A stretch of 62,979 bases of DNA, filler included, from Choristocarpus tenellus KU-1152 (lineage: Eukaryota; Protista; Phaeophyceae), in NCBI GenBank assembly GCA_964200185.2. It is 5 parts of 5 records of this genome, joined end to end, with 100 filler letters (N's around TTAATTAATTAA, not from the genome) between each part and the next. Parts side by side here need not be neighbours in the genome. Positions count along the whole stretch, not along the records: positions 1 to 17,813 come from CAXNAD020000626.1; 4 more parts are not named here. One strand, 5' to 3'. Positions 1-13,233 of the stretch are shown here, one piece after another. Within the stretch, counting starts at the first letter, position 1; each line of letters opens with the position of its first letter. The notes below the pieces were generated by a model. It saw nothing but the letters and a program-made list of their open reading frames with translations, did not search any database and was not told the origin of the DNA. The position numbers and the translations under genes were made by a program.

Positions 1-29
1 CCGCCACCCCCTCCCAGATACTTTGAGCC
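1..29. mobile_element. MITE family B-type terminus at window start
   Basis: ccccctcccagatactttgagcc. Confidence 0.7.
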
Positions 30-3000
30 AGAGAGGGTATTCTGATGTGTCATGTTTACACTCAGTACATGAGCAGAGTGAAAAAAGTGTCAGTCAAACC
101 CTTTTGTCCCTGTGTTGTAAGTCAATGGTACACCAAAGAATGTTGACTGGTCTTCAACTCAGCAATTATGCCATCTCTCCTTGCCTTGAAAATCTTCTTT
201 TACTGGGGTTGGTCCAGCAGATGGCAAGCACACCTTGTATCCTCTATCCTGACAACAATAACTGGTTTACCACAGTTGCCCTGCTAGGCTGTGAGGTATG
301 TCTGTGTACATGTATATTCATCTTGATATGCATGTCTGCGTAAAAACATGAATGTATGAGCACTTATGTGAAAATATGATGCGTATGTTATGTAAAAAAT
401 GCATTGCATGTTATTGGTATGCGAATGCACGGAGACCATGGTTTTACACTAAATTATTATGGTGCGCATTCAAGGATAGATCATATTGTTGTTTACGTCT
501 CTATAGTATTGATCTATCAGCAGAGTTCCAGGTTGGCCAGAGTGTTGGGCAAATCAGTTTTCTGCCTGATTAAAGAGTGATCTATGTGAACCCTTAAGAA
601 TTGAGCACACAAAGAAGTCACACTCCCCTCCAGAATATGTTTCAATGTACCTAATCCCTTCAAGAATTTTTATGTATACTAGTACTAAGAAAGGTATAAG
701 ACATCTTTGACCAAATCACTAAGTGCCCTTGCTCCAAGGCTACTCACGCATTATTGGGAATTTCTTTCCTATTTTCAATCTGCCGTTCTTGCAGATTGAC
801 CTTGCCCTCTTCAATGCAGTGGCATACCACACGTTTGACCTCTGGTTTGGAGACACCACCACATCAATACTTCTCACGTTTCTCCTGGACAGGTAGGTGT
901 GATCTCAGGGAAAATAGGCCTGACCGTCGTATTGGGGGGAGGTAGTCATAACGTTTATGTTGTAGAAATTCGGATTATTGTTGTTGTAGTAGATGGCGAA
1001 TGATGGGTAGAAGCTGTGGAATGGTTTGCACACTTCCACAGCACGCTATAGGGACATGTGGACATGCTACTCCATTACTGGTCATGAATTGTCTTCAACT
1101 ATATTTGTTCTTCCCACAACAAGTCGAAGTAAATGAGAGGTATCCAGTTTTAGTCGTTTTGCATTTTAAGTCTGTTTTTTTCCTTCTTAGTTCACTCGTA
1201 TGATTATGGATGAAGTTCTGAGTTTGACTTGAGGCCGTTTATTTCTCTATTGTTTGACACTTATTATACGATTCAGAAAATATCCTCATTTGTAAAAAAT
1301 AGACGAAGGTTGCACAACTTTGTCGACATCCTTAAAGGCATTTTTTGGCACCTCTCGTTTACTTTAACTCAGTACTATTCCTGAACTCCCTGATTCAATT
1401 ACATCAAGATTTCAGTAGAGTGAAATCTCGCCTAATCATCCCAGAAACCTTTCACATCAAATTTTCTTGCTGCCATCCGCCTGATGCTATTGTTTGCCTG
1501 ACACTGCACTGCATGTATGTCTTCCACTTGCCCCTGCTATGGGCCCTCACCATCACAATGTCCGAACTACGTCACCTTCTTCGATCAACCTGACTAACTG
1601 TACACATTGTCGGTGTCCTGCAAGAATGGCGATGTGTGTAAGAGCATACTTCGGGCGTGCCAATGTATCTCGGAAAACTTTGGTTGATGAGAGATTTCTG
1701 CTCTGATAGACTTTGGACCCAACCAATACATTGGATTGGGGCAGTAGGTCAAAAAAAAAAATTAGTATAGCAAGTGAGGGAATGATGCACACACACTTTG
1801 AATTTTGGTTTGTACTCTACCTCAACCAAAGAATAATTTACAAAGATATACAACATTCACTGTGGTGATTGTTGATCGCCCTCATACAGGCAGACGCATA
1901 CTCTGTATTCTGTATGGTGACTTCAGTGAGAGACAGCATACACACAAGTATTGTTCGAGTATATGCCAACTCTTCTTTCAAATCTCTTTACAATGGACAA
2001 CTTGGAAGATCGCTTATTACTGCCAGCAATCCCTGATGTAGTATGAAGCAAAGAGAGTATATATTAGCGGATGTAGATGCATCATATCAATATAACCCCC
2101 CCCCCCCCCCCCCCCGGCTACCCATGGAACAAGCTTACTTAAGGAGTGTTTAGAATCCTTGAAACAAAGCATTTGGTTTACATTTTATAGGGTACTCAGG
2201 CGTTTGTATGCGTAAAATATACTATACTATTTGTATTCCTATGTACTTAAGCATATGAGAGATGGACTGCAAGAATCAGGGGCAGAACCTGCTTGGTACT
2301 CTTGACCCGTTCTGTGGATGCAGTAAAAAATATGCTAATTGTCCGGAGTTGAAGCTACTTTATGAATTGTACATAATATGTAGTACTGAGTGTGAAGTGT
2401 TTTCACTGGCTAGGATGGAAAAAGGTATGGACTATTCACCCATTTACTCTATACAAATAATTAAGAACATCTCATCACTTGGCATGTGTTACGTCAACAG
2501 GGATATTCTTCATACTCTGCGATAACTAAGTAACTAATCCTGTCTACAGCACGTAATATGCACATATCCAATTTCTATAACCCCCATTGAGAGCATACAC
2601 TTTCGCAAATATACTACATGAGCAATTTGGAGCTTTGTGGGAGCAGTCTCATATCCTTCATCATTCTTTCTTCACATCTTATTAGGCATTATGGTGGAAC
2701 AGAACCAAACCTCAGAGAGTTCTCAAAACTGCTCTTGTTCAAGTAATTCCCAGTTCGATCTAATGGGTAGTTGCAATCCTTCAAAAAGATATTGTCCCAC
2801 CAGTCTGATTGTGACATGGATGGGATCTGAAAGCTTCCTTTGATGTGGTCTCTACTGTATGCCCTGGTCTCTAAAATGATGGAGCTGATCGCTAAAACTG
2901 AAATATCTAAGGGCAGCCCACACATGGCAGCGCTGGCACTAGCTTCATTGCTTCTGAGCACTTCATATTCTCTTGAGAGTGTGGCAAACTTTTCACCATA

Positions 3001-5829
3001 AAGCAATTTACTCGTGCTGTAGAGCTCTTCCAAAGCTCACGCATAGGCACGCGTTTTATTATTCTGTGAGACAAAGCAAGTTTGGAAAAACTGCTTGTGC
3101 TGGTGACTGTGTGCTCGAACGCACAATATACCGCAAAAGAAAATTCCGTTAAAATTAGAGACCAGTAGAATAAGTGGAGGTAGAACCATACCAGATCATT
3201 ACTTTTCCTCCAAGTTACAACTTTTAGATGGGAAACACAATCAAGCCGTCCCTTGTCTGGCCTGTAACTCAACGTTACATAACATCCAAACCCTTCAAGT
3301 AGCTTTCACCATTGCCCACGAAACAGAACAGAGCCCCAAGAAGAAATAAAATCCAACGGGAAAAAGAAATCTGTGAGAGGTAAAAAGTTGTCCCTAATAG
3401 AAAAAGTGTGTTAGTGTTGAGGGGTATATTAGGGAAGTCGGCACTTGCACAGTAGATTTCCCTTATATTCAGTACCACAGGTTGATGACAAGATGCAGTT
3501 CAATACTTGAATCACAAGAACCCTTCACAGGAAGACACTAAGATATGAGTGGATGGTTGTATTGCTTACAGTTTTATTTGTTAACAGTATAGAAAAATAA
3601 ATTGCTTCATGCTATCAATTGAACTGCACCCTCCCTTCACGAATCACACTATCAATTAAACACTATCTCCCCTACTCACAACAACACCAGCAAATGATTC
3701 GTGTGTATCACGTTGAACTACGGGGCAGTCATGTATCACTCATCGCAATCAACCTGCCCACTCAAAAACTATGGAACGTCAAGTTCACCAGTGATTTTCC
3801 TTCAAGGATTCAGAGTTAGTTGCAGATTCGACAGCAAACATCACCAACCAATCGCATGATTCAACCGTAATTTCGATTTGCTCGATCAATCTTTTCACCA
3901 TAAACCTTTCACCCCATCCAATCATTTTCAAAGCATGGTTTCCACTAAAGCAACTTCGAAACAAGCCCCAGGATTCAACATATCCACCCCATGCTGCCGA
4001 TCATGGAATATGGACTTACCTCACCTCCTCACTCCGCAACAAATTGCTTCCATAACAAGGAGGGTCAAGCCACCATTTTTTCAGGATCTGCGTTAGTCAG
4101 GCATTCTACCTTAGGAAGGAAGCAATCTTGTGGAAGTAGAGAACTTTTTTTTGTCTACAGCCATGAGAAACATGTTTGGTTTCCGGAGTATCGCAACTAT
4201 TTATACTTTTAATTTGAGTTTTCCAATATATTCTGGGTAAAAAAGGGTAGGTGATTAAACTGAAGTAAAGCAACTATAGTATTTTTGTGTCTGTGTGTGT
4301 GTGTGTGTCTAATGCTATTGAATTCAATGAATGCAGAATGCTCAGTGCTACATGCTCATCAGTACCCTGTTCGGTTTGGGTATCTAACTTCGACCCTCGA
4401 ACTGTGTATTGTGCTGTGTTCAAGGGAGAGGTGAACAGCACTACATGAACTACTTAACAATTGAATCTACTTCACAATTATTTTGAAGTAAATCAGGATA
4501 TTTTTACTGAGCTAACAGGGACAAAAGAAAGGTGGTATTTCACAGTCATTTGGCGACATACACTTTGCGGATGTTGTCATAGAGGGAACAAGAAGCAAAA
4601 AGCAAGGCCCACTAACTCTTCCCCCTCCTTGTTTCTAGACCGCCTTCGTAGCGCCAACCTAGGAATAGTTTCTCTTGAAGTATTCCACACTACTGGATGC
4701 ACGGTTAAGACGATCAATATGTGACTTGGTATGAATATATAATTTTTCGTGTTAGAAGGGGCTTGTGGTCTCAGTTCCATTTGACTAAAGACTTGGGGTG
4801 AGACAGGTATAGGCTACCATCTGGGGTTGGCAACGTCCACATGGATAACCAGAAAATAGCATCATCGCTGGATCACAAGTACATGTGATGATATATGAAC
4901 TATAAGTCTAATACCGAGTCCCTACAATACAAGATGCAGGGGTAGAGCTAAACTGGAAATAAATGGAAACACATAACTGGCTCTAGTGCTGTCTATAGTG
5001 CACCAACAAGAATATTCACAAATAGAGTTCGAGATGTGTGTGTCATTTTAGGTTTCGTAATTTTTGCTGTAGGAAGACGTTCTAAGACTATAATATATAG
5101 CCACAGTAGTACCACAATAATGCAACGAACAACATCTCAAGTTGGAAGGATGGGATGGTATGCGTTGGAGATAATATGAGTACTATCGTCAGAAGATTTC
5201 TGTTCCGTTCTTTGGCACGTAGCAGTGGCCATGATGACATGTACAAAGAAGGAGTATAGAAACAGCTATATATCCTGATAATATAGAAGTTGCAACATAT
5301 AGGAGAAACCTCCACTTGTCAGTCTAGTGATCATTTAGGGACTCACTAATTAATGTAAGGTGAACACAACTCTGAGTGCAAGTCCACCCTCCAGTACGGC
5401 TCTTCCCCGAATGCAATCGATTGAAAGGTTCTCTTTGCACATGTTATTGTTTTTTTCGAGATTACAGACACATACCTCCACAAGTTGTCCATCTTGGCGA
5501 GTAGGAGAGCCTGCACAAAAATGAGTTAGCGAGTTAACAGCTCGCAATTTTGGGACGGTTGGGGGCTGTGACCTGTACCCATTTCTGCAGGCTGAGTATA
5601 TAGGTCCCGATCCACCAGTGGGGGGTGCTACATCAGCTGCGGGAGGGAAGACCCATGGGGTTTGTTTGGTACAAGTCAACCGGGATTCAGGCTCAGTAAT
5701 TGTCGATCATTTCGAGGAACAGCCACCCTGACAGAAGAGGCGCAGGCCTCGGGCTCGAGTGAATTTATGAGAAGTGCTCACTGTACGAGCGCCCAGCTCA
5801 ACTAATTGAGGTGGAGACCAAACTTTCCT

Positions 5830-6009
5830 GACCCAAAGTCTCTGTGGGGGGGGGTGGGGTCTGCACCAGGGTGTCCATTTGGGTCATAACCAGGAAAAGT
5901 GCACTTACATTATCCATCCGACGTATGCAACCGAATCACCCAAAAATCGCAAGATGAAAAGGTTGGCTCCAAATGGACAGTCACCACCCCCTCCCAGATA
6001 CTTCGAGCC
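5830..6009 (+). mobile_element. MITE family B copy (~180 bp)
   Basis: TIRs of type GGCTCAAAGTATCTGGGGGG, 4-bp TSD TCCT. Confidence 0.88.
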
Positions 6010-6619
6010 TCCTGACTCTTCTTGCACATGTGAGAGAAGTGTTGTCGAACCTCGACAGCCTGGAGAGGTTATGGACGGAGCTTGAACTGCTAGGTGATCC
6101 ATAGTTGGTGGACTCATTAAGGGCTGCATTTCTCCTCGGCATCAAGGGTTGGGGCCGATGGTGTTTGCACAGCGAGCGACCCAACCAGACATGAGCTATG
6201 AGGAGCTCAAGAGGGAAGCTATATCACCGACCAGTTACGTGTGTGTCTGGAGGCAACTCTGTGACAGCATGACATGCGTCCTTGTGAAAGGCAGTTAAGA
6301 AGTGGAGATCAGAGCCAAGATATCAGTACTCCAGACCAGGGAGGAACCAACACTGAATCTGCTTTCAGAATGGGCAATTCTGGACAGGGTGTTGTTCGTA
6401 GATAGTGCTGCTGGTACACTGTAGACACCATTGGTGGAGTAGATTAGGAAATGCAGACACCACTGNNNNNNNNNNGTGGAGGAATGGAGGAATGGTAGAG
6501 CCAGATATATGTTTCAATATATTTCAGTTGGGCTCTACACAACGTTTATGTATGGGTAGTTCACGTATGGTAGGGACCTGATACTTGATCATCAGTGGAT
6601 ATATCTACTGCTGTTACAA

Positions 6620-6830
6620 GTAGATATGATTCTTTTCTGATTATCCATGTGGACGTTGCAAATCCCACATGGTAGGCTGCACTGATCTTGCCCACCTTCT
6701 CAGTCAGCGGAATCGAGACCACAAAGACCCTTGTAATATTAACCTTACTCATCCATATCAAGCTGTTCTTTGTCCTTCATTAAAGCATCATAAAAGCCGC
6801 GGGTCCAGTGTGGGATAGTTCACCAGGTGT
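6620..6830 (+). repeat. Dispersed repeat (other copies at 4650-4860 inverted, ~11200-11390 and 19710-19910)
   Basis: Shared ttatccatgtggacgttgcaaatcccac...gaattgagaccac...ccagtgtgg. Confidence 0.75.
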
Positions 6831-6849
6831 AAGTCGTATCTTTTGGGTA

Positions 6850-8140
6850 GATCGCCTGCAGAGAGATCACTAGGGACGAATCGGACAAAGAGGCTCCCAT
6901 CACCACCATCCAGTGGGATAATCCTTGAAGTGAAGCGTAGAGAGAAGACTGATTTTTGCGGTTCTAGATCTTTCATGGCACCCCTTGCTCGTTACAGCTG
7001 CACAGTCTACTGTGATGGTAGCAACGACCAAAGTTTGAATGACTCTGGCGCCAACAGACATATGACCCCCTGCCCTGATGGCCTTCCCAAGAAGCTGTTC
7101 GTTGAGCACTCCCCCGTACTCAAGGAGACAAGGTAATAGAGGTGATCAGGATAAAACCTTGATGCATCCCTGGCGTTACTCGACGTCCTTCATGTCCCCG
7201 GACTCCCCTATAGACTTCTTACCACTGGCTCGTTAAGGAGGACCAGTGGAGAATTCGTTGAGTCAGGTATGTAAGGCGGGAGCTACATCAGGCTCGGTCA
7301 AGATCTCCCCAAAGTGCTGTTGAGAGAGAGGCAGTCAGTCCTGGCATTAGTGGGACCTACAAAAACTGGGTCTACCACCAATGTGGTGTGTATTCACCAA
7401 CAAACGCTGGAAACTGAAGCTGAAGGACTGGCACGACATTCTCTGCCAAACGAACCCGTCAGCAGTTAAGCGCCTCGAAAAGAGAGGGTTACTTAAAATC
7501 ACTGACACTATGGTGGCTTCGGCAATTTTATTCTGCACAGTGTGCAAGGAGTACAAATACGAGGTTTTGAGGTATGCCCGGGGTGGTAGGTCACCAAAGA
7601 AACCAGGGGAGGTGATTTATACGGACAAGGAAGGACTATTTCATTCCGATATCAATGGATTGAAGTACTTCCAAGTCTTCGTAGATGAGACCAGTCTTGA
7701 GAAGCTTGTGGGGTGCCTCAAAACCTGCAATGCAGCAACAGGTGCGACTACCTCATGCATTGAAGACCTGGCGAGATACGGGATTCCTGTTAAGTGCATC
7801 AGTGGGGATGGTGCTGGGGAATTAGGTTAATCAGCCAACTTTCTATGCATATAGGTCCAAAGAGTGATGAAGTGGAGATAGTCACCTCTAAGGACACCCG
7901 ATTGGAATGTTATTGCAAGAAGGAGATCAAGGGGCTCATGGAGGCCAACCAGAGTCAGCTGCTCAGGGAGGGAAAAGGTGAGGAACTTTGGTTCTTCACA
8001 ATATCAGATGTACTATTCAAGTTGAGTGGCATTGGGGAAAGGCAAAGAGACAAGCCCAAGGAAGCTTTTCCTGCAGGGGTGTTGGAGAAGGGCATCAGAC
8101 AAGGGAGGGTAGATGGGGTGTGGGAGATAGGATGGGAGAG
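6850..8140 (+). mobile_element. Ty1/Copia LTR retrotransposon relic (protease, GAG-pre-integrase, integrase)
   Basis: DSGANRHMTP and LDVLHVPGL (protease), WHDILCQTN...FCTVCKEYK (HHCC zinc finger), GEVIYTDKEG...KYFQVFVDE...VKCISGDGAGE (integrase core). Protease directly followed by integrase is the Copia order. Many stops and frameshifts. Confidence 0.85.
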
Positions 8141-8169
8141 GGGAATCGCCTTGAAGTAGAAGTGGGAAA

Positions 8170-8350
8170 GGCTTGACGTATCTGGGGGGGAGTGGCAGCT
8201 GTCCATTTGGGGTCCATTTTTCCATATCACAATTTTTGTATGATTTAGTTGCATGTGTCGAATGGATAATGTAAGTGCATTTTTTTTTGGTCTGGCCCCA
8301 AATGGACACCCTGGAGTCGAGCCCCTCCCCCCCCTAGATACCTTTAAAGC
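8170..8350 (-). mobile_element. MITE family B copy
   Basis: Inverted copy of 5830-6009 (ggataatgtaagtgca core, G/C-run TIRs). Confidence 0.85.
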
Positions 8351-9227
8351 AGATGTGTGCTGAGGAGGCATAATGGTATGCTCCTTAAGTATTGACGATG
8401 AGATGGGCACATTGGGGCACATTATAACATGCAAACTGTCATTAATTGTGAGAGTCAAAATCAAGGACCATGGGATAACAGAGTTGGTAAACAGGAAATA
8501 GATAAAATAGTTCGCAGTCACATAAGAGTGATGGACTTGTTACACATATTGCCATCCTAGTATTGGACAGTCCTGCCCTAATCAGATACCCTATACCAGA
8601 AATGTGCGCATTGCATCATCACGCTGCTATGATCTTTTGAAACACTTCCTTGGGTGCTTATAGATTGCCGTCACCTTGTGACTATTGTGAAAGATAGGGC
8701 CCCTATGCCACATGCTGTGGCCTTTCTGTTTAACTTACCCGTCGAAACTAGATGTGTATCACTGCACCAAAATGACGTGTGAACGTTAGAAGCACCTGTG
8801 TACAAGATGCATATGAGCATTTGAAGCATTTTGGTGACAACTTTCTAGTTGTGGCGGGACTATTTCAAGTAGGCCATATGAATATTAACTAACTGAACCC
8901 ACCCTAAGAAATAAAAACTGAATTTTCCTGTCTGCTTTTCCACTGCAACCTTAGGCCAGCGTCCATGTTGTAGTGTCTTCGACCAACTTTTGTCCGACTA
9001 AAGCTTCAGGATTTGACAAAAATATTACGGATGCTAGAGGGAATAGTACGCACAATTTATGTTGTGGGGTGGTTATTTGAAATAGATCGAATCTGTGTCA
9101 ACTGCCACATTTGAAACATCGTAGAGAATATAACCCACCAATTCTTTGTCCCTGATTATTTGTATGCCAGACCAAACCTATGGAAACTGCCACATTTGAA
9201 ACATTCTAGAGTATATAACCGCCAACG

Positions 9228-9487
9228 GAGCCAAAGTATCTTAAAGGGTAGGGTCGCGTCCATTTGGGGGCCAAAATCCAATGTTCCGGTTTGTATGTAA
9301 TTTTGGCTATTGTGTTTTGTTAGGAAGTGTCAATATCCTTGTTCCTGACACACCTTTTCATAACCAATACATTTTACCTACTCTGAAAATATTTTGAGTA
9401 GGAAAATGCCATAAATAAACCTGCAGGAAGTCAAGCCCCAAATGGACAAATAGGGCAAAACTCGTACCCTCTAAGATACTTTTATTC
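9228..9487 (-). mobile_element. MITE family A copy 1
   Basis: TIRs of type GAGYSAAAGTATCTTAGAGGGTA, ~260 bp, flanks aacg/aacc. Confidence 0.9.
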
Positions 9488-9899
9488 AACCTTTTGTCTC
9501 TGATTTTTTGTATGGTGTGAGGTTGTTATACAAATTGTTGTCTGACTCCAATACAGCACTTAGCAAGGATATACCAAACGGGGGAACAGGTGGCGCGCAG
9601 TGGCACAGGAGAATAATGTACAGGAAGATGACTATGTACAGCAATCAAATACATGTCTTCATACAACAGTTTAGGCAAGTACTGGACGGGTATTTCGGTT
9701 GATTTTCTTCACTATTTGTTTAAAAAGAAACAGAAAAAAACACCCATCAGCAGCAGTGTAGGAAGACATTTGAAGTGTAGATAGTTGTGAGTCGTCCAGT
9801 GACTTTTCCCCAAGTAAGCAGTTGCTGAATATGTGCGAGAGGGCACAAGACTCGGATGTCTTTGGGGACAGCGGTGACCATGATGGAGGTCTCGGAATT

Positions 9900-10960
9900 T
9901 CCTGAATCACCTTGTCCTGTCGTCTGAAGGAGTATGACAGCCAGAGTGCACGGGATGAGTGCATGGACCTTGCATGATGTCGCAAGGAGTGATGTGACTG
10001 CCTTACAAGATCCTTGACACTTGTGATGTCCCATCGGATAACCACTCACCCTTCTGCAAATGGGCAGCCAAAGCTGGGAACTCCCTTGCCTTGTTGTGGG
10101 ATCTGTCCGAAGTGCAAGAATGTGAAAAAGGTCAAGCGGTGGATTAAGCTAGTCCTCTTAGACCAGCAGAAAGTCAACAGGGTGGGTTTCATCATCAGCC
10201 ACACGCACACGGGAGGGGAGGAAGTGGGGTATTAGTGGATGATCTATGTGACGGGGGTGCATGTGGATGAGAAGTGGTTGTACATCCTCAAAGGTGGGCA
10301 AGGTGTGTACCTGCGCCCGACTGAGGACCCCCCCAAACCCTCATGGGCTAACAAGAAACATTACATTATGAAGGCGATGTTCCTTGCAGGTGTGGCCTGC
10401 CCTACGAAGCTCTCCAACGGGGTATTGTTGGATGGGAAAATGGGGGTCTTACCAATCGTGGACACTACGGTTGCTCAGCACTCCAGCAAACACCACCTCA
10501 AGGTATCAAGGTGCTTGTGCCAGCCACAGTGGACGGGGGAGAGGCATAAGAAGCTCATGATCGAGGATGTCATCCCGGCAATCAAGGTCCGCATGCCTAG
10601 TCCAGAAGGACACACCATCTTTGTGCAGGAGGACGAGCGAAACTCAAGGACCAAGGAGGCATTGAGGAGGGGGCAGGGGACGACAATATCATCGAGACCC
10701 AATCAGTCAACTCAATATACCTCAATATCAACGACCTAGGATTCTTTGATTCCATCCCGTAGTTGAAGGGAGACAAGGTGATGAGCAACACAAAGGAGCT
10801 GGAGAAGGTCACAATGAAGACGTTCGATGTGTACCCCTGGGAGACACTAGAGTGAGTCTGGCAGAGCCTCTTTCGGAGATTAATGTGAAGTGCCGGGGTT
10901 CAAGGGTGATAACGTCTACAAAATTCCCATCTTAGAAGGAAAAGGTTGAGAAGGAGACAA
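9900..10960 (+). mobile_element. Decayed Tc1/mariner (DD39D-like) transposase
   Basis: VHVDEKWLY...KHYIMKAMFLAGVACP...DGKMGVLPIV...IEDVIPAIKVRMP...TIFVQED. After frameshifts comes LNINDLGFF, then YPWETLE. Confidence 0.85.
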
Positions 10961-11439
10961 AATACTGTGCTGGAATGGAGTTTTGGAGCACTTAAGGGAC
11001 GTAATCATAGATAGGTATAGGTTGCCTCATCTTGGTTGAAATATTGTTGGGCATTCTTTTTAGTGTCTGCACAATACATCAATCAAATATGAACATGTGA
11101 AAAAATCTTGCTTCTTCATTGGGGCTGCAAAAGTTATGTTACATTTAATTCCGAAAACGGTGGAAGCAGTAAGTGATTCATAGGTAATTAGTGTAGACGA
11201 TTGCAAACCCCACATAATAGGAATAGTAATGAGTGCCTTCAACCCCCACTAATCAAGTCAACAGAATTGAGACCACAACCCCCTCATAGCACTACTTCTA
11301 TATACTCACACCAACCAGATATTTTCCTCTGCCAAAGCACATCATAAATGAAGTCAACCCAGTGTCGAGTGTAAGATAATTCGACAGGAGACGTGGTGCT
11401 ACAGGTGTGATGTGCTAGGATAATGCCTTAATGCCATTG

Positions 11440-12260
11440 GTTTTCCTTGACATCCTTCGCGTCCCAGGACTTGGCTGTAGACTTCCCAGCACTGGCACAT
11501 TGACACCAGCCAATAGAAGCTTCGTTGAATCAGGCATGGAAGGGAGATATATGTGATTCAGACCAGATCTTCACAAGACACCGTTGAGCACTCCTATTAG
11601 TTGGGGTCTACAAAACCTGGGGCTACCGCGCATGCAGGACTTGTCAACTAACACCGAAAGTCGAAACTGAAGGACTGGAACAACATCCTCTCCCATTTTG
11701 ACCTATCAGCTGCCAAGTACCTTGAAGAAAGAGGGTAAATGGAAATGACTGTAGATGCGTTGTTTACAGTGTGCAAGGAGTCCAAATATGAATCCTTGAC
11801 CTATCCTTGAGGGGAGAAAAACACCAAGTGTTTGTACACCAGGCAAGTCATGAGAAGGGTGTAGTGGGCCTCAAAACCTTTGATGTGGCAATGAATGTCA
11901 CAGCACCATACATACACTGGTGGTCTGGCGAGAGATGATATTCCTGTCAAGTCCGTGATTGGGGATGGTTCTGTCGAATTTGGTAAAGCAGTCAAGTTCA
12001 AGTGCACGCGGCTCAAGGAGGTATCAACTGGAAGTGGTCACCCTCAAGGGTACTGCAAAGCAATGGTATTGCCAAGACGGAGATCTAGCTGTTCACTGAG
12101 GGTACCAGAATTTGTCTTCTGAAGGCAAGTAGAGGTGAAGATTATTTGTTCATTGCCATGTCTGATTGCTGTTTACAAGTCAAGCAGCATTCCTCATGAA
12201 AATCTGGGCACAGGCACACCCCATGAAACCTCATGGGTGACAAAGCTTTCATCTTCGATC
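11440..12260 (+). mobile_element. Second, more decayed copy of the same Copia family
   Basis: Colinear nucleotide similarity to 7170-8050 (e.g. gaaactgaaggactgg, acagtgtgcaaggagt, attcctgtcaagt...ggggatggt). Confidence 0.75.
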
Positions 12261-12291
12261 GTCTCCACTTATGGAGAAGCGAAGGCTACGT

Positions 12292-12420
12292 TGGAGTACA
12301 CAGGGGAGCCCCCCTGTCTTCAGGAACCAGAGCTGAAACTTTTTTTCACTCTCTTCGGCGCATTTTCGAATACCTAACCCTAACCCTAACCCTAAGTTGT
12401 AGGAAAAAATGATCTCTACC
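12292..12420. repeat. Short element with hairpin and (CCCTAA)n tract
   Basis: An ACAGGGG-AGC-CCCCTGT stem-loop, then cctaaccctaaccctaaccctaa at 12373-12395. A related sequence lies at 22500-22680. Confidence 0.6.
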
Positions 12421-12559
12421 CAGCCAAGAGAACATTTTACTTTGAAGTAGAAGATATGGTGCAGCAGTACATTGTGCAATGGGGAACACCAACACTCCCT
12501 GTCTTCGGAACAACCACTGTAACATATTTTTTACTCTTTGGACACGTTTTAGAACACTA

Positions 12560-12633
12560 TTCCCAACTCCTGACCAGGACCCGAATGAACACCCTGGTGT
12601 AGACCCCCCCCTTCCCCCCAGATACTTTGAGGT
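12560..12633 (-). mobile_element. Partial MITE family B copy
   Basis: caccctggtgtagacccccccttcccccagatactttgag matches one end of family B. Confidence 0.7.
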
Positions 12634-12978
12634 TGACCCTCTCCAGTTGATATCTCTTCGGACTAGCATGCAATGGAACTTGATTGATCTACCGAGTTCC
12701 ATAGCACCATCCCCACCAACGAACTCAACAGGAATCCCATTTCTAGTACGTCAGTGCTTCGATCTGTTGACATCAGGGTGAAATGGTCCTTCCATGTCCG
12801 CATGCAATACATACAAGAGTTCTTCGTTGTCTTTTCCCCTTCGAGCATAGCTCAAGGCCTCCTATTTGCACTTCATGCACACTGTAAAGGCATCCACAGT
12901 GATCACGTTTTTTTTGTCTCTCACTAATAATGATGCTATGAACGACTCCTCTCTCTCTCTCTGGTGCCTTGTGAAGAT

Positions 12979-13233
12979 GAGTCCAAGTATCTTAGAGGAT
13001 AGAGCCGCGTCCATTTGGGGACCAGAATCCAATGTTGCGATTTCGATGCAATTTTGGTGATCGTGTTTGTTGGAAACTGTAAATATCCTTGTTCTGGATA
13101 CAACTTTCCATGACAAATACATTTACCTACTCCGAAACATTTTGGAGTAGGAAATGTCATAAAAAAACGTGGGAAGCCAAGCCCCAAATGGACAAACAGG
13201 ACAAAACTCGTACCCTCTAAGATACTTCAACTC
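12979..13233 (-). mobile_element. MITE family A copy 2
   Basis: Same TIRs and body, 4-bp TSD AGAT. Confidence 0.92.

Noticed and set aside
12373-12395. True chromosome end
   Set aside because: Only ~4 units, internal and embedded in a repeat element.
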